From an uncultured Arcobacteraceae bacterium (lineage in GTDB: Bacteria > Campylobacterota > Campylobacteria > Campylobacterales > Arcobacteraceae), in assembly GCA_965659435.1 (NCBI GenBank), contig CBFHVJ010000001.1, positions 697-64,696 on the forward strand: 64,000 bases of DNA. The letters are read 5' to 3'. Within the stretch, counting starts at the first letter, position 1. Every line of letters begins with the position of its first letter. This document shows positions 1-8,552 of the stretch, piece by piece. The notes below the pieces were generated by a model. The model saw only the letters and a list, made by a program, of their open reading frames with translations. It did no database searches and was not told the DNA's origin. The translations under genes were made by a program, and so were the position numbers.

Positions 1-416
1 TGTGGGTGAAACTTTTTAGATGCTAAAATTGCATTATCATGACCAAACTTATATGGCATAGAGATCCAGAAGCTTTCTCCTATTAAAGTTAACTCTGCTT
101 TCATCTTCTCTAAATCAGTATGAAATGGTGTTGATTTAGTATTAAAGATACCACATTTTGGTTCTAAACATCTATTTACTTGAGCTAAAACTTGCTCATC
201 TAAAGTATCACAATTATATAAAATCACATCAAAAACATCGTCTGTATTAAGTGAATCTAAATATGTTGCCTCAACATCGTGTTTTGCTACTTCTGCTTTA
301 AACTCATCATCTACCTCACCTACAACTAAAACTGTCTTTGGATCAATATGAGAACATAATGGAACATGTACCATCATCTCATTGTATGCAAGTTTCTTAC
401 TGTTTCTATCTGCCAT
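1..416 (-). CDS. Spermidine synthase-like (polyamine aminopropyltransferase family) protein, N-terminal part; the 3' end lies beyond the window start
   Basis: Own translation of the minus strand from ATG 416-414 gives MADRNSKKLAYNEMMVHVPLCSHIDPKTVLVVGEVDDEFKAEVAKHDVEATYLDSLNTDD...FWISMPYKFGHDNAILASKKFHP. The frame is open to position 1, with an in-frame TAA at 443-441 upstream. It resembles the short epsilonproteobacterial SpeE-type proteins as I remember them; family assignment is tentative. Confidence 0.5.
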   Translation of the reverse strand, partial: MADRNSKKLAYNEMMVHVPLCSHIDPKTVLVVGEVDDEFKAEVAKHDVEATYLDSLNTDDVFDVILYNCDTLDEQVLAQVNRCLEPKCGIFNTKSTPFHTDLEKMKAELTLIGESFWISMPYKFGHDNAILASKKFHP

Positions 417-530
417 TATAAAACGCCTTTTAAATTTAAATTATATTTCAGTAAATACAATATGTATTTTGGATATAATACCGAACAATTATTAAACTCA
501 ACTAACTTGAGTAAACTAAAGGGAATTTTT

Positions 531-737
531 ATGAACACTTTCGACAAGATTAGATCTTTTTGCCAAAAATTTAGAATAATCATTGGATTAGTAGCTATCA
601 CAATTGGTTACTTACTAGGTGATGGATCTTTAAGTTGGTCATGGTGGTACCTTGGAGTAGTTCCGTTAATTGCAGGTATTATCGACTTTTGTCCAATCTG
701 TATCATCTCTAAAAAATGTACACCAAAGGGTCAATAA
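531..737 (+). CDS. Small membrane protein, DUF2892 (YgaP-like transmembrane domain) family
   Basis: Track ORF is 366..737. I place the start at ATG 531, with AAAGGGA just upstream. This gives 68 aa, MNTFDKIRSF...LGVVPLIAGIIDFCPICIISKKC, with two Gly-rich helices and the C-terminal CP..C pattern typical of DUF2892. The stop overlaps the purM start (TAATG at 735-739). Confidence 0.7.
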   Translation: MNTFDKIRSFCQKFRIIIGLVAITIGYLLGDGSLSWSWWYLGVVPLIAGIIDFCPICIISKKCTPKGQ

Positions 738-1732
738 TGAGTACTATTTCATATAAAGATGCTGGTGTAGATATCGATGCTGGTAACAGTTTTGTAGAAA
801 ATATTAAACCATATGTAAAATCTACAATGATTCCAGGTGTTCTTGGTGGAATTGGTTCATTTGCAGGGGCTTTTGAACTTCCTACAGGATATAAAGAACC
901 AGTTATTTTAGCAGGAACTGATGGTGTAGGTACAAAATTAAAACTTGCTATTGATTCGGGTAAATTTGATACAGTTGGTATCGATTTAGTTGCTATGTGT
1001 TCAAATGATCTTATCTGTAACTTTGGTGAACCATTATTTTTCTTAGACTATTATGCAACAGCAAAGCTTGAAGTAAATGAAGCATCTGATGTAGTAAAAG
1101 GAATTGCTGAGGGTTGTATTAGAAGTGAATGTGCTCTAATCGGTGGTGAAACTGCTGAGATGCCAGGTATGTATAGTGATGGTGATTTTGATCTTGCTGG
1201 ATTCTGTGTAGGTATTGCAGAGAAATCTGAAATGAATAGAGTAGAAAGGGTTCAAGAGGGAGATGTATTAATTGCATTACCAAGTTCTGGTATCCATTCA
1301 AATGGATTCTCACTAGTTAGAAAACTTCTTTTAGAAAAATTAGATATGAAATTTGAAGATGACTTTAACGGTAAACCATTAATCGATACTTTATTAGAAC
1401 CAACTAGAATCTACGTAAAAGAATTCAAACAAAATAAAGATCATATCAATGCATTAGCACATATTACTGGTGGTGGTTTAGTAGAAAACCTTCCAAGAGT
1501 ATTACCTGAAAATATGAGAGCCATTGTTCAAAGAGATAAAGTACAAGTATTGCCAATCTTCGAACTTATGGGTCAACATGTTGAAGAAGCTGAAATGTTC
1601 AGAGCATTCAATATGGGTATAGGTATGGTATTTGTTGTAAACCCTGCAAATGTTGATGCTGTATTAAAAAATACTGATGGATATGTTATAGGACATATTG
1701 AAGCAGGAACAAAAGGGTGTGATATAGTTTAG
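737..1732 (+). CDS. purM: Phosphoribosylformylglycinamidine cyclo-ligase (AIR synthase)
   Basis: MSTISYKDAGVDIDAGN..., GGIGSFAGAFEL and GTDGVGTKLKLA are classic PurM motifs. The start is moved from track 716 to ATG 737, which overlaps the upstream stop. Confidence 0.95.
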   Translation: MSTISYKDAGVDIDAGNSFVENIKPYVKSTMIPGVLGGIGSFAGAFELPTGYKEPVILAGTDGVGTKLKLAIDSGKFDTVGIDLVAMCSNDLICNFGEPLFFLDYYATAKLEVNEASDVVKGIAEGCIRSECALIGGETAEMPGMYSDGDFDLAGFCVGIAEKSEMNRVERVQEGDVLIALPSSGIHSNGFSLVRKLLLEKLDMKFEDDFNGKPLIDTLLEPTRIYVKEFKQNKDHINALAHITGGGLVENLPRVLPENMRAIVQRDKVQVLPIFELMGQHVEEAEMFRAFNMGIGMVFVVNPANVDAVLKNTDGYVIGHIEAGTKGCDIV

Positions 1733-1761
1733 ATTTTTCTAAACTACTCACCTCATTAAAT

Positions 1762-3393
1762 ATGGATCTTCTCTCTATTATTGTTGCTACTTTAGCAATA
1801 TCACTTATTTTAAATTTATTCCTTAAGTATATACATGTTTCACCAATTTTAGGTTATATATTTACGGGATTTATCTTATCTCTTATGCTAGAGGACTTTG
1901 CTCATATTGATCATGTTCAATTAGCGCACTTTGCTGAATTTGGTATAGTTTTTTTAATGTTCACCATTGGACTTGAATTTTCCCTACCTCATCTTCGTTC
2001 TATGAAAAAAGAAGTATTTGTATTTGGTCTTCTCCAAGTAACCATAACAGCTGCATTTTTCTCCTATATAGCACATCATTTTTTTGGTATTGAAGCAAAA
2101 GCAGCTATTATTATAGGTGCAGCACTTGCTCTATCATCAACTGCAATTGTTCTAAAAACACTAAATGACAATAATGATATTCATAGACCTTATGGTAGAA
2201 GTTCTGCAGGGATGTTAATCTTCCAAGATATTGCCGTTATTCCGATCTTATTAATGATCACAATCTTTACAGATTCACATATTGCTGTTGAAGATCTACT
2301 TTTACAAACTTTTTATTCAGCACTATTTGTATTAGTAACATTATTTATACTTGGTAAATTTGTACTGTCACACTTTTTTGCTTATGTAGTTAAAACAAAA
2401 AGTGAAGAGATGTTTATCGCTTCCATTTTACTTATTGTACTTTCTGCTGCACTATTTGCTCATGGATTTGGATTCTCATATTCATTAGGAGCATTCTTAG
2501 CAGGTATGTTAATTGCTGAAACAAAATATAAATTCAAAGTAGAATCAGATCTTATTCCATTTAGAGATCTTCTCTTAGGCCTTTTCTTTATCACTGTTGG
2601 ATTGCAAATAGATGTAGAAACTATTAAGGAACACTATTTAGTTATTATCGCTTTAACTGCTTCAATTTTATTCTTTAAAGCGATACTTATCTTTATAATT
2701 TTAAGAGTTTTTACATTTACAAAAAGAGCTTTTAAAATTGCTTTAACACTTGCACAAGTTGGAGAGTTTTCATTTGCAGTATTTGCACTTGCTCAAAATA
2801 ATGGTTTATTAGATGATAACCTTTATCAAATACTAGTATCTGTTATAATTATCTCTTTAATCTTTACATCCTTAGTAATTAGATATGTAAGACCATTTAC
2901 AAACTATTTCCTGCCATCTTCATCTGAATCTACAACAGAACCTATTCTTTCATCTGGTATGAAAGATCATATTGTTGTGTGTGGATATTCACTTTTAGGA
3001 CAAAATATAGTTAAGACTCTAAAGAAAAAAGAGATTAGTTATGTAGCTATTGAACATGATCATACACATGCTGACCAAGGTTTAGAGAATGGAGATGTTG
3101 TTTTCTTAGGAAATGCACAATCAAAAACTCTTTTAGAAACTGTGTATATTCAAGATGCTCAAGCTGTAATTATTGCTATTGATAATGATGAACAAATTAG
3201 ACTTATTTGTGAATCTATTAGAGCATTAAATCCAGAGATTCATATCATTGTAAAAGTTACACATCAAGTACAAGTAGATGATTTAATGGAAATTGACGTT
3301 AAAGATGTAGTGAATGAAAATGAGGTTCTTTCTGAACAACTTGTTAGAAAAGCAACCTCTTGTTCACTATATAAAGATTATGTAGTTTACTAA
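1762..3393 (+). CDS. CPA2-family monovalent cation:proton antiporter (KefB/KefC-like) with C-terminal RCK/TrkA-N domain
   Basis: 543 aa. The N-terminus is multi-TM (GYIFTGFILS, LGAFLAGMLIAET). The C-terminus has a Rossmann-like segment, HIVVCGYSLLGQNIVKTL. Confidence 0.85.
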   Translation: MDLLSIIVATLAISLILNLFLKYIHVSPILGYIFTGFILSLMLEDFAHIDHVQLAHFAEFGIVFLMFTIGLEFSLPHLRSMKKEVFVFGLLQVTITAAFFSYIAHHFFGIEAKAAIIIGAALALSSTAIVLKTLNDNNDIHRPYGRSSAGMLIFQDIAVIPILLMITIFTDSHIAVEDLLLQTFYSALFVLVTLFILGKFVLSHFFAYVVKTKSEEMFIASILLIVLSAALFAHGFGFSYSLGAFLAGMLIAETKYKFKVESDLIPFRDLLLGLFFITVGLQIDVETIKEHYLVIIALTASILFFKAILIFIILRVFTFTKRAFKIALTLAQVGEFSFAVFALAQNNGLLDDNLYQILVSVIIISLIFTSLVIRYVRPFTNYFLPSSSESTTEPILSSGMKDHIVVCGYSLLGQNIVKTLKKKEISYVAIEHDHTHADQGLENGDVVFLGNAQSKTLLETVYIQDAQAVIIAIDNDEQIRLICESIRALNPEIHIIVKVTHQVQVDDLMEIDVKDVVNENEVLSEQLVRKATSCSLYKDYVVY

Positions 3394-3834
3394 GTGTGTA
3401 CAGATACCAGCAAAAATTCCAGCTACAAGATCATCACCCATAACACCCCAACCACCATCTACTTCACGATCAATTCTACCAATAATTGATGGTTTATAGA
3501 TATCAAAAAATCTAAAGAAGATAAAACTTAATATACCTATAATTAAAAAGTTATCAACAGGAGATCCAGAGATTGCAATTGTAAAAGCAAGCCACATACC
3601 AGCAAGTTCATCAATAACTATCTCTTTACTATCATGCTCACCAAGCTCTTTTTCATAAATATCAATTTGCTTAACGGCCACTATACTAATTAAGATAGTT
3701 AATAAAAGTATTGTCGAAGAATGAAGTATCTGTATCAATCCCATTACTAACAGTAAAGATACAAAACTTCCTGCTGTTCCTGGTGCTTTTGGACTTAATC
3801 CACTATATCCAACTGTTAAAAAAATTTTTCTCAT
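3367..3834 (-). CDS. pgpA: Phosphatidylglycerophosphatase A
   Basis: 155 aa with the PKAPGTAGS motif, DELAGMW and FRFFDI.KP, typical of PgpA. The start overlaps the upstream stop (TAATG at 3834). Confidence 0.9.
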   Translation of the reverse strand: MRKIFLTVGYSGLSPKAPGTAGSFVSLLLVMGLIQILHSSTILLLTILISIVAVKQIDIYEKELGEHDSKEIVIDELAGMWLAFTIAISGSPVDNFLIIGILSFIFFRFFDIYKPSIIGRIDREVDGGWGVMGDDLVAGIFAGICTHLVNYIIFI

Positions 3835-4709
3835 TATTTTTTCTTTTCAATTCCTAACTTTTTTCTTTTTTCCCAAAGTGATTTTCTACTTATACCTAGT
3901 TTTTCACTTAGTTTTGTATCTGGGAACTTATCTTGAAAGTTTAGTACAATATACTTAACATAATCATTTAAACTCATGATATCTTGTTCTAAAAGAGTTT
4001 TTTTCTTCTCTTTTAATTGAATACACGTAAATCCTTCTGGTTCTATACAGTTTTCTTGATATAACATAATGTTTTTATCTTTCATTATTTCAAAAAACTC
4101 TTCTCTTTCTTTTGAAGATAGATTGTGAAGTCCACAAAAATATAACAGTTTACTTCCATGTTTCTTTTCATCATATTTAAATTTTTTACTTGACTGAAGA
4201 ACAATTGTTTCTAATTCTTTATTTTCTTTTTCAGAAATATCAAATGCTACTTTATCTGCATCAATTGTTGTTGTACTATTTATAATAAGGGGGAAATTGT
4301 ACTCAAATTCTGAAGACTTAACTTTTCTAAATAAAAATTCATTCTGTTCTCTAAGTGCATTATTTTCTGACTTCATTGCTCTAAAGTCATTGAAGTGTTT
4401 GATTTTTCTTAAAACTTCATCCATAGAAAATGGTTTGATTACATAATCCATTGCTCCTGCTTCAATTGGAGCAGTTACTGTCTCATCACTAATATATGGT
4501 GCTAATAAAATTATAACAGCATCATTATTCTTTTTTATAAAGTCCATATAATTTTTATTTTGTAAGCCTGTAGATAAAAGTATCGTATCATACTTTTTCT
4601 CCACTTTTTCAGTTGATGTAACGATATCACATAGATATCCTACATCCTCAAGTCTTGCAGATACTTTCTGTGATAAATAAACTTCATCATCAACAATTAA
4701 AATATTCAT
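3834..4709 (-). CDS. Atypical orphan response regulator (HP1021/Cj1608-type): receiver-like N-terminus plus C-terminal Fis-type HTH
   Basis: MNILIVDDEVY... is a receiver fold, but ...YDTILLSTGL... has Ser where the phospho-Asp is expected. The C-terminus is LSEKLGISRKSLWEKRKKLGI (HTH). The gene sits 2 nt downstream of ispDF, as HP1021 does with HP1020 and Cj1608 with Cj1607 (from memory). Confidence 0.8.
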   Translation of the reverse strand: MNILIVDDEVYLSQKVSARLEDVGYLCDIVTSTEKVEKKYDTILLSTGLQNKNYMDFIKKNNDAVIILLAPYISDETVTAPIEAGAMDYVIKPFSMDEVLRKIKHFNDFRAMKSENNALREQNEFLFRKVKSSEFEYNFPLIINSTTTIDADKVAFDISEKENKELETIVLQSSKKFKYDEKKHGSKLLYFCGLHNLSSKEREEFFEIMKDKNIMLYQENCIEPEGFTCIQLKEKKKTLLEQDIMSLNDYVKYIVLNFQDKFPDTKLSEKLGISRKSLWEKRKKLGIEKKK

Positions 4710-4711
4710 CC

Positions 4712-5833
4712 TTACCCCTTCCAGTTGTAATATTTTGTTGTTGCACTACTTTGAACTGCAACACCCTCTTTTCGTCCTATAAAACCTAACTTTTCTGCAG
4801 TTGTGGCTTTAATATTAACTTTTTGTTTTGGCAAATTAAGTAAATTAGCCATTGTTGTTTTAATTTGATCCTTATAAGGACTAAGCTTAGGAACTTGTGC
4901 TATCACTAAGATATCAATATTTACAATCTGATAGCCTACATTTCTTGTAAATCTCACTATCTCTTCAAGTAATACTTTTGAATCTGCCCCTTTATACTTT
5001 TGATCAGTATCTGGGAAAAACTCTCCAATATCACCTGCACCAATTGAGCCTAAAATTGCATCAATTACACTATGAATTAATACATCTCCATCACTATGTG
5101 CTTTAAAACCAAAAGGTGAATCAATCTCTACTCCACCTAATACCATCTGCTTACCATTTTCAAATGGATGAATATCGTATCCTATACCATTAAAATAATC
5201 TTTCGATGGAGAAGCTAAACAATCTAAATTATTTAACTCTTCACCAAAAGTTAATTTTGCACTTTTTAAAGAACCATCAACATACAAAATTGATCCACCA
5301 ATATCCTTAATGGCACTGCTATCATCCGTAAACTCTTGAGATGTTTGAAGAGCTTGTTTCAAAATAACACTATTTGAAAGCTGTGGTGTTTGTATTAACT
5401 TTACACTATTTCGATCTATCGTTTCTTTATTATAAATAACAGTATCACTCACATTTAAAATAGGTACAATACAATCAGCACTACCCTTGTTATCGACTAA
5501 GGAATCAATCACCTCTTTAGGTACACAGCATCTTGCAACATCTGTAACCATTACTGATGTTGTCTTGACTTCATCTAAAGCATTAGCCATAGATTCTTGC
5601 CGTGAGTTACCCCCTGTTACAAATTTAAACTTATCGTCAAAGTTCTTCATATAACTAATCTCATCTTCATGGCCAACAACAATAATCTCTTCAAAATTAT
5701 GAAGTTTAGACAACCTTCGTGTAGTAACTAACCATAGAGGATCATTACCGATACGAAGCCATTGTTTCTTCACTTCTAATTCAAATCTTGAAGAACTACC
5801 TGCACTTAAAACAACTAACGTAATACCTTCCAT
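4712..5833 (-). CDS. ispDF: Bifunctional 2-C-methyl-D-erythritol 4-phosphate cytidylyltransferase / MEcPP synthase
   Basis: The N-terminus is IspD-like (LVVLSAGSSSRF) and the C-terminus is IspF-like (GYDIHPF, HSDGDVLIHS). The track start is 5863. I prefer ATG 5833 because AAGGA lies 6 nt upstream (ATAAGGATTGAGATGG). Confidence 0.93.
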   Translation of the reverse strand: MEGITLVVLSAGSSSRFELEVKKQWLRIGNDPLWLVTTRRLSKLHNFEEIIVVGHEDEISYMKNFDDKFKFVTGGNSRQESMANALDEVKTTSVMVTDVARCCVPKEVIDSLVDNKGSADCIVPILNVSDTVIYNKETIDRNSVKLIQTPQLSNSVILKQALQTSQEFTDDSSAIKDIGGSILYVDGSLKSAKLTFGEELNNLDCLASPSKDYFNGIGYDIHPFENGKQMVLGGVEIDSPFGFKAHSDGDVLIHSVIDAILGSIGAGDIGEFFPDTDQKYKGADSKVLLEEIVRFTRNVGYQIVNIDILVIAQVPKLSPYKDQIKTTMANLLNLPKQKVNIKATTAEKLGFIGRKEGVAVQSSATTKYYNWKG

Positions 5834-5964
5834 CTCAATCCTTATAGTATCTAAAAGTAACATATTCTAATCTAAATTATCTTAACATATTCTTATAAAT
5901 GCTACATTAGGTAACATTAGCTCAAAAAGTTAATTTTTTACTTTAAGATTATGTAAAAATAACC

Positions 5965-5973
5965 TGCTATAAT
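5965..5973 (+). promoter_or_regulatory. Candidate extended -10 promoter element (TGcTATAAT) for thiC
   Basis: TGCTATAAT lies at 5965-5973, about 43 nt upstream of the thiC ATG. This is a motif match only. Confidence 0.35.
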
Positions 5974-6015
5974 GGCCACAATTAATATAATTCATAAAAA
6001 TATATAGGACTTGTA

Positions 6016-7359
6016 ATGAGAGATTATCTTGACAAATACGAAGGTGATAAAGTAAGAACACAGATGTACTATGCCAAAAAAGGTATTATTACTGAAGATA
6101 TGCAATATGTTGCAGAAGTTGAAAAGTTAGACCCAGAACTAATTAGAAGTGAAGTTGCAAAAGGGAGAATGATTATCCCTGCTAATATTAACCATAGAAA
6201 TTTAAAACCTATGGCAATTGGTATTGCATCATTATGTAAAATCAATGCAAATATTGGTTCATCAGCTTTAGCATCAGATATTGATGGTGAGCTTGAAAAA
6301 GTTGATATGTGTTTAAAATATGGTGCAGATACGATTATGGATCTATCTACAGGTGGTAATCTTGATGCTATTAGAGAAGCTGTAATTGGGCACTCAAATG
6401 TACCAATTGGAACTGTTCCAATTTATCAAATCATTCATGACTGTGATGATGATATCAATAATCTTACAATTGAAGCTATGCTTAAAACACTAGAAAAGCA
6501 AGCACAGCAAGGTGTATCATACTTTACAATTCATGCTGGATTCTTACTTGAAAATATGCCAAATATTGCAAAAAGAAAAATGGGTATCGTTTCAAGAGGT
6601 GGTTCACTAATGGCATCTTGGATGATGCACTATCATAAAGAAAATCCTTTCTATGAAGCATATGATGATATCTTAGAGATTTGTGCTAAATATGATGTTT
6701 CATTATCTTTAGGTGATTCATTAAGACCAGGTTGTTTAGCAGATGCATCAGATGAAGCACAACTAAATGAATTAAAAGTTCTAGGTGAGTTAACTTTAAG
6801 AGCTTGGGAAAAAGATGTACAGGTTATGATTGAAGGGCCTGGTCATGTTCCAATCAATCAAGTTGAAAGAAATATGAAAATTGAAAGAGAATACTGTCAT
6901 GAGGCACCATTCTATATCCTTGGGCCACTTGTAACTGATATTGCAGCTGGTTATGACCATATTAGTTCTGCGATTGGTGCAGCTGTTGGTGGTTGGCATG
7001 GATGTTCAATGCTTTGTTATGTAACTCCAAAAGAACACTTAGGTCTTCCAAATGCTGAAGATGTAAGAGTTGGTATCATCTCTTATAAAATTGCTGCTCA
7101 TGCTGCAGATATCGCTAGAGGTAGAAAAGGTGCTAGAGATATTGATGATGAGATGTCTGATGCTAGATATAACTTTGACTGGAATAAACAATTTGAACTA
7201 GCACTAGATCCAGATAGAGCAAGAGAATACCATGATGAAACTCTTCCTCAAGATGTATTTAAAGATGCAGAGTTCTGTTCTATGTGTGGACCAAAATTCT
7301 GTTCATATAAAATTACAAGACAAATTGTAGAAGACAATCCAGAGATTGCTGCACAATAA
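6016..7359 (+). CDS. thiC: Phosphomethylpyrimidine synthase (radical SAM, thiamine pyrimidine moiety)
   Basis: 447 aa with highly conserved ThiC blocks ([25 protein letters not shown]) and the C-terminal [10 protein letters not shown] cluster motif. Confidence 0.97.
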   Translation: MRDYLDKYEGDKVRTQMYYAKKGIITEDMQYVAEVEKLDPELIRSEVAKGRMIIPANINHRNLKPMAIGIASLCKINANIGSSALASDIDGELEKVDMCLKYGADTIMDLSTGGNLDAIREAVIGHSNVPIGTVPIYQIIHDCDDDINNLTIEAMLKTLEKQAQQGVSYFTIHAGFLLENMPNIAKRKMGIVSRGGSLMASWMMHYHKENPFYEAYDDILEICAKYDVSLSLGDSLRPGCLADASDEAQLNELKVLGELTLRAWEKDVQVMIEGPGHVPINQVERNMKIEREYCHEAPFYILGPLVTDIAAGYDHISSAIGAAVGGWHGCSMLCYVTPKEHLGLPNAEDVRVGIISYKIAAHAADIARGRKGARDIDDEMSDARYNFDWNKQFELALDPDRAREYHDETLPQDVFKDAEFCSMCGPKFCSYKITRQIVEDNPEIAAQ

Positions 7360-7360
7360 T

Positions 7361-7386
7361 TTACTTAAGCCTATTGGCTTAAGTAA
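7361..7386 (+). other. Perfect 11-bp inverted repeat (stem-loop TTACTTAAGCC-tatt-GGCTTAAGTAA) between thiC and pgeF
   Basis: Read directly. The left arm is 7361-7371, the loop 7372-7375 and the right arm 7376-7386. No U-tract follows, and the right arm ends 5 nt before the pgeF ATG. Confidence 0.6.
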
Positions 7387-7391
7387 CCCCT

Positions 7392-8030
7392 ATGATAAAA
7401 ACTTACTTCTCAACAAATCAAGATCTTGATTTAAGAGAACTTCAAAACAAAAAAAACCTTTGTTCTAAACTTCAAATAGATTTTAAAAATCTAAAATATA
7501 TGAAACAAGTACACTCTAATGATGTACAAATAAGCACTCTTAATCAAACTACCTATGAATGTGATGCACTCATAACTGATCAAAAAGATATAACACTCTT
7601 AGTTTTAGTAGCTGATTGTATACCAATTTTATTTTATGATGAAAAAAAAGGTGTGATTGCAGTAGCCCATGCAGGAAGAAATGGTACATTTCTAAAAATA
7701 GCTCAGAAAACTATTAAAAAGATGATCTCAGTATTTAAATGTGATCCTCAAAATATCAAAGTAGCGCTTGGTCCTAGTATCCAAAAATGTTGCTATGAAG
7801 TGGATAATTCTATGTGTGAAATTGTAATTAAAAATTTTGGACAAGAATTTGTATTCAATAAAAACATTGATCTTCAAGGTATAAATAAACAACAAATTTT
7901 AGACCTTGGGATAAATGAAAAGAATATTTCTATATCAGAAATTTGCACAAAATGTACTGGAACAAACTACTATTCTTATAGAAATGATCCAAATTGTGGA
8001 CGTTTTGGAGGATTAATTACAAAAAAATGA
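7392..8030 (+). CDS. pgeF: YfiH/PgeF family (DUF152, laccase-domain) protein
   Basis: 212 aa with DALIT, VLVADCIPILFYD, AVAHAGRNGT, CCYEV and YYSYRND motifs. Confidence 0.85.
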   Translation: MIKTYFSTNQDLDLRELQNKKNLCSKLQIDFKNLKYMKQVHSNDVQISTLNQTTYECDALITDQKDITLLVLVADCIPILFYDEKKGVIAVAHAGRNGTFLKIAQKTIKKMISVFKCDPQNIKVALGPSIQKCCYEVDNSMCEIVIKNFGQEFVFNKNIDLQGINKQQILDLGINEKNISISEICTKCTGTNYYSYRNDPNCGRFGGLITKK

Positions 8031-8040
8031 CAAAATAGAC

Positions 8041-8436
8041 TTAATGATGATGTCTATTATCATGATTAGCTCCACCATTATGCATATTACCTTGCTCTAC
8101 AAAATCAGCCATATTTGTTCCATCAACCTTTTTCAACTCATTTTTATTTAACTTTTGAAGAACATCATTCAATAATATCCTCTCTCCACCATCATGAAAA
8201 CACTCAATATTGGCTTTTTGTAATAACATAAAAGGGTTTCCTCCCATATGATGAAATACAAGTTTATTTATACCTTTTTTTAGCATATTTTCAACAACTT
8301 CTCTTCCACTATCAGTTGTATTGGCTTCAATTTGTACATTTCCATTTTCATCCACTATTGCAAACCATTTTGATTTACCAAAAAGTGTACTTACAGGTGG
8401 ATTTTCTTTATTCATTTTTACAGGTATTGCTATCAT
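8041..8436 (-). CDS. NifX/NifB-like (dinitrogenase iron-molybdenum cofactor biosynthesis domain) protein with His-rich C-terminal tail
   Basis: MIAIPV...STLFGKSKWFAIVDENG...GINKLVFHHMGGNPFMLLQKANIECF fits the NifX_NifB domain pattern. The tail is NMHNGGANHDNRHHH. The ATG overlaps the stop of the upstream small ORF (ATGA). Confidence 0.7.
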   Translation of the reverse strand: MIAIPVKMNKENPPVSTLFGKSKWFAIVDENGNVQIEANTTDSGREVVENMLKKGINKLVFHHMGGNPFMLLQKANIECFHDGGERILLNDVLQKLNKNELKKVDGTNMADFVEQGNMHNGGANHDNRHHH

Positions 8437-8543
8437 TTTATTTTTTCTTCAAACTTTAATGCATTTTTTACGCTTAATTTCCAAGCCAAATATATAACAA
8501 CTGGCCATAAACAAAGCCATAAAACTTCTACAATATATTCCAT
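8433..8543 (-). CDS. Unannotated 36-aa single-pass membrane peptide in the cyd operon (possible CydX/CydS-type accessory subunit analogue)
   Basis: Own translation gives MEYIVEVLWLCLWPVVIYLAWKLSVKNALKFEEKIK. AGGAG lies 6 nt upstream of the ATG and overlaps the cydB TAG stop. Its TGA overlaps the ATG of the NifX-like gene. It is too short for the ORF track. Confidence 0.55.
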   Translation of the reverse strand: MEYIVEVLWLCLWPVVIYLAWKLSVKNALKFEEKIK

Positions 8544-8552
8544 AATTCTCTC

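Noticed and set aside
366-601. The DUF2892 ORF has an N-terminal extension from 366. An overlapping 61-aa minus-strand ORF runs 416..601.
   Set aside because: The extension runs through the promoter and 5' region of the divergent speE-like gene and has no SD, whereas ATG 531 has one. The minus-strand ORF has no SD and an implausible composition.
3367-3393. There are convergent gene overlaps or abutments: the antiporter with pgpA (27 nt), uvrB with the HAD gene (14 nt at 59187-59200), and hisIE with moaA (zero gap at 46302/46303).
   Set aside because: These are real but ordinary genome compaction in a dense, small AT-rich genome. Nothing suggests a dedicated antisense regulatory function.
5834-5863. 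Several track ORFs have longer N-terminal extensions: 5863 ispDF, 716 purM, 9710 cydB, 11459 DUF4492, 31565 Fe-S subunit, 40086 GMC oxidoreductase, 53710 ept-like and 63753 purA.
   Set aside because: In each case a downstream ATG has a better SD and/or removes an implausible overlap with the preceding gene, and the resulting N-terminus matches the family's usual start. Some of the track starts are TTG or GTG codons.
5864-6015. A TPP (THI-box) riboswitch is expected upstream of thiC.
   Set aside because: I looked for the conserved CUGAGA and ACCUGAUCUGGAUAAUGCCAGCG-like cores. Only a loose AACCTGCTATAATGGCCA resemblance is present, which is better explained as an extended -10 promoter. There is no CTGAGA. 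If the promoter call is right, the leader is about 35 nt, too short for the aptamer. An Rfam RF00059 covariance scan would settle it.
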